From contig OZ249446.1 in the NCBI GenBank assembly GCA_965235115.1, forward strand, positions 12,958,001-13,022,000: DNA of 64,000 nucleotides. The letters are read 5' to 3'. Made by a program: the position numbers and the translations under genes. Under the pieces are notes generated by a model. The model saw only the letters and a list, made by a program, of their open reading frames with translations. It had not been told where the DNA came from and ran no database searches. This stretch comes from Laetmonice hystrix. Its lineage: Eukaryota. Below, in pieces: positions 13,721-26,277 of this stretch (positions within the stretch are counted from its first letter, which is position 1; each line of letters begins with the position of its first letter).

Positions 13721-16700
13721 CATGCACGACAAGCTAGATGAGCACTGAGATATCCTTTCATCTGCTGCCTACATCTGAGAGAATCATGCTATAAAATGAT
13801 GACTTCTAAAGCAGGTCCTGATCAAATCACAGTCTCTGGATTGTTATCAAATCTGAGGCCATCTTACATAGTTTCATCAACCAACCAATCACAATCCGTC
13901 GTACAAAATGAGTTAGGGAATCCCCAGTGGTCCCAAGCAAGACTCACTAGATAACGTAGCAAACGTACCTGATGCAATCAGAGGCTGATTATAGCTGAGC
14001 ATGCGCAATATTATACCTCCTGGGGGTATATCAAGATACATGTGGTACATGAAGGATCACAAGTATTTATAGAATTACCTACTCCGTTCTGATCTGATGT
14101 CCCCATGGCAGATGGTTAGGCAGACATGCAGTGAGAAAATGACAGGAACATGTATTTCTAACAACATGTAATATTTCCGTATGTTATTGTGCATAAAGTC
14201 AAAATCGAATTAAGGCCAGTGACAAAATTAGTAGGGCTTTAAAGAACAACATTTCTGGGGGCTTAGTTGGAAAAGGGATGCACATTATGTGCAATGCCCC
14301 GTTTTTTATAAACGTATGAATTATACATTTAGGACACTGTAACTATTTTTGACGAAATTGTCTTTGAAGAAAAAGGGCAGTCACGTGCTTATTTGTTGGG
14401 AAGTTGGCCGTGTTGGCATAGTCCAGCGTCGATTGGCTTGATTGACTCTATCTAATTAGATTCCTATTGCACAGGTCAGTCGGAAGTCTGTGCACAGCGC
14501 TCCAGTGCTAATACAAGTGACCTCGTTTGAGAGACAGGACTCCATACTGGTGTGCTATAGAAAAATCCAATGAGTTTTTCCTGAACGGCATTTCATCGAA
14601 ATATTACCATTAATAGAAATAGAAATATTTCGACTATATAAGAAGAATTAAACACTTAATAAATAATACAATAAACACTTAATAAATACTAAAAAACATT
14701 AATCTGTCAAAAAGACCATTGGTGGAGTTCGTACATGAGATCTAAGTTAGAGAGATATCTTACGGAATAAAAAAATATTTCCGTCTGGGCCGACCACCTT
14801 TGTCCCATATTCTCCGCACCATGACGGTTACTAATACCTGCGGCTTTCGTACATGCGCAGAATAATCCTTATTGGGAACTAGTGCTGCTCATGTACAACG
14901 CGATCATGGCTGCCAGAGACACGTCGCTGCGGCCTTCTTGAATTGCTGGTGACAAGAACTTCAACCGGATGTTGAACAGACATGGTCTACCGTCCAGAGA
15001 CACTAGTTAGTGGCTCACGATATCTGTCTCGGTAAATTAGATGTTATGCCAAGAGACACTCTTTATTTCTTTAGCGGGGAATAAAACGGTCGTTTGAATC
15101 GTACAATGTAATAATCCCCACCCATAAATTAGCTGCTGCTACTCGTCCTGTGTTAGCTGAAGGGGACTTGTAACAGGTAATTATTACATGAATTAAATCA
15201 GAATTACCGGTTTCCCCCCAAACCTGATGACTACCTCATTCAGCCAATTCCATGATGACAACGGTGGTGAGCCTGCTAAGTCTCACCGTCACCTCAACAC
15301 ACATAATTGAGGATGTTATTTTTTACTCCCCTCATTAACAGTCCCGTTTATTAATTACTACTGAAGACTAGCAGTCATGTTATTAGCAATCACACCTATT
15401 TTATTACTCCAGTGTTTTGTCGTATCTAATGATCACTTGAGATTATTGGAATTTATGGCTGGCGTTGAGGACATAACACAGTGATCTATTTCACCGCAAC
15501 TATAAGCTACAAATCATGTGTTTTCAGGATGGTTCACCGTGAATTATGAGAGTGGGCCAATACTTTGTATGGAAGAAAATGCTTATCAGGATTGATATGA
15601 ATAAATTATAAGAGTGCCGCACGGATTCAGAGCGATGGGCATTATAGTGAAATCCTAATGGAATTGATTAGTATCGCACAATGTGGCTTTTTGCGGAACC
15701 CACCGGACATAATCATTTATCTGTTGATAAAAATAACAGAGAAAGAGGGTCATAAATATGGTAGAAAACTTGTTGGAAGTTAGGAACAGGGACTTGGTTA
15801 TTAATGAGTACGTGCGCAGTGGATGTAAGTAGGAGATTTATACGGGAGGAGGATGTTTTGGTAGTCGAGACTTTGTACAGAATAGGACGATGTTAAAGCA
15901 GTGAAGGTAGTTAGTTCTGAGATTCAACATGTAAATTCCATTATAGGCATTAAAATTAGGGGGATTATTATGATGACTACGACTGGATAGATATATATAT
16001 TCATGATTAGCTAAATGCCTCACAGTCATTTACATTCATGCCGTAATTTTTTCTAGCAATTTAGTCCTGCATGTTTAGTCTAGAAATCAAATTGCTGACG
16101 GGTAGAGCCATAAGGCTAATTATCGCTCACGGATGCCACCTTTTCCTGTGACAGCAGCCGTTTCCAGGAACATGTGTTGTACCATTAGTTCCCGGGAGCT
16201 GTAGCTAGGCTGGGTTAGCGGTCATCATAACCTGGCCACACCAAAAATTCATAGTCCATTAGGAGCCCGGTGGTGATTTATATCTGGCCGGAACAGGCCG
16301 TGCGTCGGAGCCTGGAACGGATAACGGATTCTTTGAGGTGTTTCTGTTTGTTTACAATTCAAACTGTTAATTAATTGTAGGCACTTGATAATTAGATACA
16401 TGGTACAGCATTTTGTGTGTGTGTTTTTTCCAGCATATATTTTTGGTTTAGATTTAAATAAATGTTTATGCAGTGGTTAGACTGAAACATGGACTTCTAG
16501 GTAATTGAAGATTAAGTGCGAATTGCAGATTTAGGTTGTATAACAAATGACAGGAACTTTGCGAATAATTCATCAGTGAATGACGTTAGGACACGACGGC
16601 ATCTTGCTGTCTCTGATTGAGGGTTTTACGCATGTGCTCGAGAATAAACATGACCTTCCCTGCATGTTGATTTCGTAATCAGAATCTATTTGTATATATT

Positions 16701-16763
16701 ATTAGGTTCGTATGCATTGCACGTGTTTTCATGATGTTTACACACGTTTACTGTCGTATCATG

Positions 16764-16981
16764 TTAAAGTGGCACCCAAAATTCCTCAAATACTTCAGGT
16801 TCGAGCGATAAGTGAAAGCATTTTTAAAATAGAAGGGGAAAATGGGAAAAATATGTCTCCGCTGCCCTTACCACGCGTTGGCTTCAGAAAATAGCGGACG
16901 GGTCGAACGGTAACTAAGGGCCACTTTTAAAATACTTCCGCTTATCGCCCGAACTTTGTGGATTTTTTTGTGCCACTTTAA
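16764..16981. mobile_element. Non-autonomous TIR element (MITE) with TTAA target duplication, Kolobok-like
   Basis: Element 16768-16977 (AGTGGCAC...GTGCCACT) flanked by TTAA at 16764-67 and 16978-81. About 55-60 bp imperfect TIRs (ggttcgagcgataagtgaaagcatttttaaaa versus ttttaaaatacttccgcttatcgcccgaac). TTAA TSD with RR..YY ends fits Kolobok rather than piggyBac (CC..GG). Confidence 0.85.
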
Positions 16982-19379
16982 GTCTCCAATTGTTTATTTT
17001 CAAATAACAACTCTCACCCTGAAGGAAAAAAACGGTTTGTGAATTAGTTTCTGCATTTCCCCCCCTCTTGCGTTCCTTCTATTAAATCACCACAGGAGGC
17101 CTGTATGCGTTCTCCATTAAGCATCAGGTCACTCTGATGAAGTTGCACATAGTCTGTGAGTATATGGAACCCGTGGAACAATCGGATAAGAAGGCAAATC
17201 TGTCCCTGCTAACATAATAAGGACATCCTTATCTATGGAAAGAATATAATGGTTACATTGACCAAACAGATTATCTGCGAACACTGCAGTGATATAGCGT
17301 TTTAATATTGATAAAAGTAGAGTTATGGGTCTATGAGAATTCTATTGTTGAGAGTTTGAGGCTTATCACATTGTCGTCGCAACAATTGGCATGGCCACAC
17401 CAACAGAAAGCGACAGATGATTAGTTAGTCCTAACAAAATCCGAACATTGGGGATGTCCGTGCCGGGAACCGAAGGCATTGCCATGACAACAAGAGCTGA
17501 TAGATGGACCGAGGACTGCAACAACATTTACTGCTCCATCCTTACATGTTCTGGTCCATTTCCCGTCATATCTCATGTGGTTGCCATGGCGACCAATGGA
17601 GGTTGGTCGAGCCAGTGTGGGTAACAATACTTTTAACACATTTTACAGTGTATCATTGAGATAGCCCCAGTCTCATCGCACGGCCAACGCATCACAGCTT
17701 TCGTAACACCCATAGGAAAACTATATTTATCGTTTGGTATGGAGGTGGTATTTTAAATTGTTATTGAAAATTGTAAAAAAGAAGAAAATACAAGCAAACA
17801 AATCATTTGTTTGATCTTATTATTTGTAATAGATATGGTTGTATGTATTTTTTTCATTTATTATACCCTCCTCTGGAAATCTAAGTTCTTCACATAAATG
17901 TTTGCTTCGCAAGGCTGTGCAGCACTTAATTATGAATTTATAGTGTTCAGGTGAGCCTTTTTATATTAATGATAGCAATTTCAAGAGATCTTTTATTGCC
18001 TTTTGTCGTACAATCTGTCCATGGTTGGTTGGCCAATTGCACAATTATTTATGGATACTAGATGAACAGAAACACGAGTAAGATAACCAGAACTGGCGTT
18101 ATGCCTCGATGAACAATTGTAATGAGGTACAATCAGGTGAAAAGTATGCCCCTAATTAAATCCACTGATGCATGCAACTTCTAAAAATGGCATCCGAGTT
18201 GCATGTCTAACCAAATGTTACCAGCTATACCTGAGTGCTGTTAACAGTCGCAGGTCAAGTAATTGCCTAGAAGAAATCTAGGTAAGTTCACTATTTGAAA
18301 CCTTTCATTTGTGAAAAATACCCCGAACCTGAGCATTGTGATTCCTATATAGATTATTCTTCTCATTACTACTGATTAAATCGGGTGATCTGTACCTTTT
18401 ATTAATGGATGAAGGAGAAATTAATATGAACGGACAAAAGGGTTAAGTTGGTGGGAGGGAAACCTCAAGTGATGCTAATGGCAACGCTAAAACAATTCAA
18501 CTGTTGCAGAAACATGGGCACTAATTAGTTAAGTGGCGCCGATCGGACTGGCGCCAATACGGATCATTACCATTGTGCAAGGTGTTCAGATTGGTACTGA
18601 TCCTTGCCAATAGATGGCGGCCTATGCGATCAGTGGGGGCGGCCAACAGCCTTGATAACCCAGTGGTGGATGGTGTAACCTTTGATTGAGCTAAGCCCGG
18701 GAGAATAGGATAATCCTGCTAATACTGGGCTGCGGCTGTTTTAGTGTTCAGGATGCGGATGCTGGCGAGGATGAACCCTGGGAATGGTGTTCCCACCCAG
18801 GACAGCTCAAGTCTCCATTGACGTGGCTGAAACAGTTACTGCTGCTACCAGGTTTGTTCATTTTGAGACATGGTGTTCACATGGGAAGAACATAATATAA
18901 GAATTTGAATAACCTTTTGTCATTCAAATCGCATCAAGTTTTATCTAGTTGGTAGATTTCAAGCAAAGGAGAAAAACTCGATTATATTGACATATTATTG
19001 TATAACAAGGGAGTCTTGACAGTAAGAGGTCAATGCCCGCCACTGGGTGACGTTGGTCAAGGCCCGGTTGACCATCACCCATCCGGTGGTCAGTCGGTCA
19101 CTGGCCACCTCCCTGGCTCCAGGCCCACCTCGCCAGACGCCATGGCTTCAAGCAGTCGGGTCAGTAATTGGTCCAGTTGGACAAGGCTCATTCCATTAGA
19201 CAAATGACATCTGCAGCGCCGCCTACTGATCTACGGCGTCATCGCTTGATTTAGGGGCACTCTAAACCAGCATTGATTGAAGGCGATTAATGCATTGTCT
19301 CCTTCTAACCTCCCAATCACGGCTGAGGTTTTACTTCACGGGTCTGGCTGAAAGGATTAAATAGGGGCAAGAGTGGAAA

Positions 19380-20600
19380 CCATCATGCTCCGGGGTATTG
19401 ACCAGGCAGGACTGCCTAACAAAAGTTTCAGTCTAAAGGGGATTTTACTCAAAGGGCCTGACGTTAAAATGTATTTGGTGATTACTTCGGAGTTAAACCA
19501 ACACCACCAGCCTGACAGAAATCCTAAGTAGCCCAATTTGTTGACCTACTTTAGAAAGTCTTGCCTGGAGGCACTTGGTTTCCCAACCCTGACTGGGTTT
19601 AACTCCCACACCAATTGAAACATCACCTGTGATGTCAACCATCATGCCATCAGCCAGGGTCGGTCAGTAAAGGACAACCTCCACAAACTATAAGGCCCCC
19701 CGGGGGCGCCACTGGTACCATTAGGTCAATGTCAACATTATGGGATGCCTGACAATTGGTCAACATCAGCGGGGTGTAATGGGCAGGTCAACAAAGCTGT
19801 GTTAACAAAGCACCATCGAGCAGTGCTCGGTGGATTGCCCTTTACACACTGTGGATGGCCAGAGTACGTTTTGCCCTATATTGTGTATGTCTCCAGGCTT
19901 TCAGTAGCCCTATTCATGGACTGTTCTATAGAGATAAAAATAGTCCGCGGTGCCAAAGAAAGCTCCCTCTGACCTTCTGCACGGGAGAAAGCAATCATAC
20001 TCCAGCTGCCAGAAATCTTCTGAAATCTCGTGCTGGAGGAAATGTTGCTACCTGCGAGCCGTGCACCTGCCGGATGATTCGTGCCTCCTCCAGCGTCTTG
20101 ACCGTGGAGGAAAACATCCGGGCCGGAGGCTGTTTATGTGGTACTAAATCACGATCGCTGATTTAGTGACGACCCGCAGAACAACGGCAGGAGCCTAGCT
20201 GGCAGCAGGCTTTTGTTGGCCCACCCGGCGCCCATATATCAACACTGAAAGAAGGCTAGCACTTGGTCAGCACTTGGCGCTGTCGTCAAGGCCACATTGT
20301 GACCAGTATATATGGCAGACCACTTCCGTATCACAGGGCTGAACCGCCTGGAACAGGCAGACCATGGTTCAGTGGTACAGCTACAACTCGTCCTCAGGTG
20401 GTCTGATGGGTCCTTTATAGATGAAGACACCATGCACCAGGAGGTCTTACAAGAACCTTCATAAACTAACTTGTCAGTGCCCCAGCCTGGCTCTCCATAA
20501 AACGTCCATAACTCGGCCCGAATTGATCCCCTCTTCTGACACGCTGCAGGCATGGCAGACTTGGCTTGTTTGTACCACGGGATGTATATATACATTTCCG
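19380..20600 (-). mobile_element. Decayed Ty3/Gypsy gag-zinc knuckle-protease relic
   Basis: Minus strand: VKTLEEARII (gag P.TLEEA..IA-like), IVCGGC (CCHC start), LVNT-GA at about 19390-19405 (LVDTGA protease-like). Frameshifted. Confidence 0.35.
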
Positions 20601-20985
20601 TCCCTCAAAATATTTTGTACAAAATATATTGTCCCTTCGCCCTTAATGAAATTAGTCTTTTCATCGAGGACTCAGCTATCAGCCTATAGGGGTTATCATA
20701 TCTTTGGCCTTGGCGCTAGCAGGAATAGATACTACGTTGAAATAAAAAAAAAAGTTGAAAAAGTACTAGAATGGATTCCGTCATTGTGACATGGCTGGAG
20801 CATACATCCTGAACACTGGGTGGAGAGGGGGGTATATAATCATACAAAAACCTGATCACCACGTAAAGGGTTGACTGACCAAAAGTTCCTCATTTACAGA
20901 GGTATACTTTCGTAGCTGGCAGGAAAAAAGTTTGATTTAAGTGCCCAGTTTGTTGATGTCAAGAATTACTTCTGCTTGGTGATTT

Positions 20986-21470
20986 ATGCATGAACGCAAT
21001 CATTTTAGGTTTTTCCCCTCAGGAGGCTGCTCAGTAGATCCCGCCGAATTGCGCTTTGTCCACCGGCGATCCAACACGGTAGAAAAACGCCAGAAAGCAC
21101 GTCCCAGATGCACACAAGAATCAGATATTCCGCTTTACAGCCCAGTTTCTATGAGAGAACCCAGAAACGCCTGGCAGCTGCGAGGATCGGTAAACAGAAT
21201 GTTGAATGCTCCATGGAGAACGAACCAGCTCGCAAGACGTATGGCCTGCACAGAAAGGTTGTTTGCAGCGTACACGGGCACAGTCGGATTGTACCGCTTT
21301 ATCAAAATCTAAGAAGGTAAAACCGTCCCAATTGTATGTCGCTGCAAAAATGGCAACACCATGTGTCCAGTGGGACATCATCAACTATAGATTATTATTC
21401 AATGCGGACGCACAAATTGCAACATGTGTGCCCTTTGTCTTGTCAGATTCCCTTTTTGCAAGAGCTTAGC
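20986..21470 (+). mobile_element. Decayed Ty3/Gypsy (Mag-like) gag-protease relic
   Basis: Three overlapping ORF pieces give ERNHF..GCSVDPAELR (ER..F..Q..GES...AELR), TQKRLAA (IQKRLLA), VWPAQKGC (CPA...C knuckle) and INYRLLFNADA (protease region). Confidence 0.55.
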
Positions 21471-21799
21471 AGGTGCCAGTTGAACCGATTTTCTAATAGC
21501 CTTATTCAATGAATAATTCCAAATTAATGCATTTGGCAAAATCCTTAACACCTGGGATCGACTACTTCCCATCAAATTTGAATATCCAGGTCATTAAGAT
21601 GAGATAAATGGTGGGGTTAGTATGATGTTTTTGTTTGTTTTTTTCACGTTAGTTATATGTGTTCAACTCTTGTCGTATTCAGGTAATTTATGTGTTAGCA
21701 GGACAGGTAATGGGGATGAATTGTATTCTATGTTTGTGATCTATTTGTACATGGGAGGAAATGGTATTGGCAGATGTCATGTTCAGTTATAGTTGGCAT

Positions 21800-22220
21800 G
21801 TCAAGGGCAGAGAGGGTAATTAGTTACTCTGTCAAATTCAGATTGGCGTAAATTTTCATATCTCATATTATATTTCGTCAGTTTTTGTTTGTAGAGGTTG
21901 TTTTTGATCACGTAAGATATTGAAAGAGAAACCATTATGATCGAGGACAGCTGTAGTATTCCCTTTATAGAGAATATTAAAATAGATATCATTTTTTAGA
22001 TTGAGTAGAAAAGGATGATGTGGTTTTAAAGATATATCTGTCTACCCTTGCCACCATTATAAACATACACCATAGAAAGTCAAGAAAATTATCGCATGAC
22101 AGTTTATTACCCCCGAGGCGAACGTGTATGGTTGATAGAAATGGCAAAGTTATGGTTGTTTGGGGGATGGTGATGAATATTTCAGGGCTGTGAAATAATA
22201 GTAGACTGTATGTTGGCAAG
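21800..22220 (-). mobile_element. Decayed L2/CR1-type LINE RT C-terminal fragment
   Basis: LGGNKLSCDNFLDFLWCMFI (V..FKFLGV.ID-like), then SIKGILQL (SK..GIL.KL-like) and NNLY..KY. Confidence 0.3.
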
Positions 22221-22299
22221 TGGTGCAGGCAGGCGGGGCGGAGAGGGAGGAGGAGGAGGGCTAAAATTGCTGCTCATGTTTTGGTCACAATGGGGGTAG

Positions 22300-22661
22300 T
22301 GTGACGGGTCACGATCAGCCGGCGCCAAATGACGTCAATAGGGGGCGCCACATTGTCACACCTGACAAAATGCCACCTACCTTGTGCAATGTCCGTCGGC
22401 GCGACACGCCTCTCCCCAGGGCACCAGGGCCCGTGGCTGACACCCTCAGGGTAAAGGTCAGCAAAGGTCAACGGCCCCCCTTGGGGCTGACGAGGGACAT
22501 GGCACGAAGCAGTGTGAGCCAGTCGGGTAATGACAGAAAGTTTCTACAAAGTTAACTTGACAGGTGGTAATGTAGGAAAGTCAGTAATGATCATTGACCG
22601 AGTGACAGGGGTCGACAGAGGGTGTTACTCCCATCCACCCTGCCATAGTTAGTGTGTCACA
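22300..22661. mobile_element. Possible solo-LTR-like element
   Basis: Starts TGTGAC and ends GTCACA (perfect 6-bp terminal inverted repeat) with a GC-rich interior. No matching TSD found. Confidence 0.3.
22455..22470 (+). promoter_or_regulatory. Perfect DR4 nuclear-receptor motif AGGTCA-gcaa-AGGTCA
   Basis: The motif is exact in the sequence; function untested. Confidence 0.3.
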
Positions 22662-25149
22662 CGAGGTTGGAGGGTATTGTATGACTTGGGGAGCTTCCCT
22701 GTAGACCACACAGGACCGTAGCTGGAGGACGAATAAACTAACAATACCATCAACAGAGTGGCCTTAGAGCTTCAAGTATACATTGACACTCACGACATAC
22801 CATTATCTCCACATGCTATCTGGCTAACTTGCCCTTACATCGAAAAGGCCATATGGAAGGTGAGACTCCACATTACCTGGACGTCTGTCAGTACATCTTT
22901 ATCAGCTAGAAGCAGTGTACAAACGCCTCCCGTGTATATAAACAGATAACGTATGTGGCGAGGTGTCTCTGCAATATACATGTAGGTAGGAAGGTCTGAG
23001 TTCTTGCAGGAGCAACGTATTTAGTCATCATCTCATACTTCAACAGATCCGGGCTGAAGACCAAAGGACGGTCATAAAACACGAGTATCTACAATATCTG
23101 AGTTCACTGCATTGTTCTCGTTTAGAATGCCCACACGAGGGTAAGTAATACCAACAATATCAAATTTTAGCGTTTTTGCTTGAATTATCGGAGAGGCAAA
23201 TTTTCAATCTGCCGAACATATATTTGTTAACATTTGGCAATATTTTCCATCCTGCCGATTGTGATAACGAAGGAGATAGATGAAGAACTCACTTCTTACC
23301 AAATTTCTATGTTTAAGAGTGTTACAGGTGCGGAGTTTCCTTTTGCAGAGATTAATTCTTGATATTGAAATCCGAAGAAGCTGGGCACCATATGGCTATT
23401 GCCTGCACTTACACCATAACTATTAGATAGAAAGCAACTGAAGGTCGAGCAGTAGTTTGACCTTAAATATTCTGGCACCGTTTGTACACGAAGGCATAAC
23501 AAACGGTAGCACAATGAATTACACTTAGAACGGCCAACAGGTGGGGTCTGGTGTATGGGTATGTGGCAATGTGCCGCATGCAAATATTCGCACAACAGTG
23601 GAAACTCAGCGGCATATTCCATTAGTTGAGATACAGTGTCATTCACACAACATATCGATTAGGAACGTGACTCGTGGCACGTGACTGTGTTGCATAGAAA
23701 AGTATTATTATAGAAAAGTCAGAAAAATTAGATTTTTTTGTACAGTCATCTCCAAAAGCTCTTTAAACATTACAGCGTTATATTAGCAAAAATGCACAAT
23801 CGTTCTCATGGACGGCCTATTTGCCACTTTAATTTGTCAGTGGAGCATTTATAAAAAGCTGTAAAAGTTCACATTTGGTTGATGTAAGTATCTATAATTG
23901 TTACTGAATCCTTTTAGTAATGGTACATTGGTAAGAGTTAAATGATTGAAGGCACAACCTCCGAAACTCGAATACCGTCTCCGGATACGCGGGTATCCCT
24001 ATAGTCGATCATTCACAGCTGGCCAGTTTCTGACCACCGACAACACATGTCGAGGAACCTGATTGGACGTGGCCCACCTGACCGGCACTGTTGCCAAGGA
24101 TACAGGGGCAAATCCTACTCCAGTTCTGCCCTTGATCTCTGATGCGTGGAGATTAAAGCACCAAGGAATGGCCCAGTATTGAGATTAATGACAAATTAGG
24201 TTACAAATTGGTTTACCTGTAAACACCTGCATGAGTGCTGCCAGTGGACCACAATCAGAATACTTGAAGTAATGCCATCTCAAAAAAACGGAGTTTCCTG
24301 CTAGCATTTAATGTATCTATATCACATGAAACCAAGCCCTGTTCCACGTCAGTTGTATTAGTAATCCCTTCAAAGTTATCCATCTTTAATTCTAAAAATC
24401 ACGAACCATTTGCGTCTAAACGATATGATTTCAAATTCTGAGAACATGTCCCCACCCACCGTGTGTTCGTGCGACTTGGCAAGGGCAACCCCGTGGAAAA
24501 GGAGGTAGACTTTCAGAATATATTTTTTATACTTTTGCCATACGTTCACGATATCGCTGACAAATCGGAGTTTATACTGCGCCCTCCTAACCTGTGAATA
24601 TTTTAGGAAAAAAACAAATGGTGACAGATTGGCCATCAGTGCCACAGCCAAATATGGAACCTGAAATTAAACTCTACATGAGTGTACAATGAGAACTCTT
24701 AGCCGAGTCTATAAGATCAGTGGGACTGTACAGCAGAGCTTTCAAGTCATCTCTGTTTGGAACATGTATTAGTAAAACATGACTTCGATGCTGCAATTTG
24801 ACATGCAAATTTCAACATTACGCTTGCACATCATGCCATGGTTCTGATTCCATCCGACAAAGTACTGCCAGATGAAATGAAACATCCTAGAATTTCCTTT
24901 TTGCATGAAACTTTTATTGTATCCTGGAGGCAAATAGCCAGGGAAAATGTAGTCAATATGAACGAGAAATCCAACTTCGAAATGAAAGTTGACACGAACG
25001 TATTAGATTTTGTGGAGGTAAAAAGTAAAGGAAATGTGAAGTAATCTTTGCTGAAAGGCGATCCAAGTTTCCTTCAGAAGTGCAACGTCTTGATGCAATG
25101 ATGTAGTTAAAGGATTTCTATCAGTCGATGGGGATATTCAATGCTAGGC

Positions 25150-25800
25150 AGAAACTCCTTCCACCCGTGACCCACAAGATTAGGAGCCCCGGGCTTCTGA
25201 GGAAATCTGCAGTGCCTTAAAGTAACAATTGCACAGAAGTAGAATTCAGGGAGTAGAGGGCATCGCCACTAAAGGAAGCGTGTCTGTCTTCTTGATGTAA
25301 GGATGTCATCTTCGTGGTCCTGGGTCTCCTAATGACAGGATAATAAATCAAAGGTATGCGTGTCCTCCTTGTAAACAGGTCCTTTGCATGACATGCCTGG
25401 CACATGTCCCTGAGTGGATCTATTGCCAATCGACTCGTGACATTCGTTATGCTGGGATCATCCCCACTCGTCGTAGCTACTCGTCTGATGTCAGGAGCCG
25501 CAATGTCTGACTGGCCTCTGTCGAACGCCCTCTCCATGGTAATCTGACTACGAGCAGCTGATCTGTGGCTACATCTCTTTACTTTGCACATCATCAACCT
25601 TAACAATGTCTTCTCTAAGGGTAACCCGGCTAGGTCAACAATATTCAGTATAATTTGCGGCTGCCTTGGCAAGTTGTAGTTGTGACAGATAGCTGAAATC
25701 TAACTGGATGTTTTGACATGATCCAAGCGGTGATTTCGTTCATATTCCGACGAAAATGCACGGAGCTCCTCTTTTAAACCTGACTCTGTATGAGGGCAAT
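25150..25800 (+). mobile_element. Decayed CR1-type LINE RT relic
   Basis: VTHK, VLLVNRSFA*HAWH (VFLD..KAFD.VWH-like), LFTLHIINL (LF.LYINDL-like), FAAA (FADD-like), FRRKC (FN..KC-like), in the correct order. Confidence 0.45.
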
Positions 25801-26153
25801 GCATGTCGACATTGACATCTTTTCTATCCATCAGTATTGTACGCTAAGGTTGTGAACTCCAGTTAGTAGTAAAGTTCATGTTCAGTATGGTAGGACACTG
25901 GATGAGTCAGAAGTAATATTCTAATTGATGTTTGAAGCATCCAGGGGTCATACCTTAGCATTTACTCCTTCCTTGTGTCATGCACCTACCCCGGAGATGT
26001 CCTTGCTCTTGCAATTGGATCTCTAACTGATTGCCTTTTAAGATTGCGATGATTAACACCTCCTCCGGTTATATGTTTCAGATCTTCGAGGCCGTGTGAA
26101 TGCCTGTTTGTGAGACTCTAAGAATGTGGGCATCATTGGCCCAGCATACAGCC

Positions 26154-26277
26154 ATGGCGTTGGTGCTAGATCTTGTCTACGCTGCCTCACTGGTACACGC
26201 CTATGTCATCAATGCCATTGTCGGCGAGCCCCAAGGTAATGGTTTGATCTTTCCATCGTCCCCGCAGATTTATGTCG
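26154..26277 (+). CDS. LYPD6: Candidate first coding exon of the LYPD6-like gene (signal peptide plus pro-segment)
   Basis: Acceptor tatatgtttcAG at 26080-81. ATG at 26154 in gccATGg context, with in-frame upstream ATGs at 26124 and 26100. Hydrophobic MALVLDLVYAASLVHAYVINAIVG, then LIFPSSPQIYV. Phase-1 donor G|gtaaga at 26277/8 matches the phase-1 acceptor at 31633 (G+CT = Ala). Confidence 0.6.

Noticed and set aside
23296-23646. Minus-strand ORF with EFPLL..IP..GRS..EYLRS resembling the hAT dimerisation domain
   Set aside because: Motif spacing needs a large insertion and no other hAT motifs or TIRs are nearby. Too weak without a profile search.
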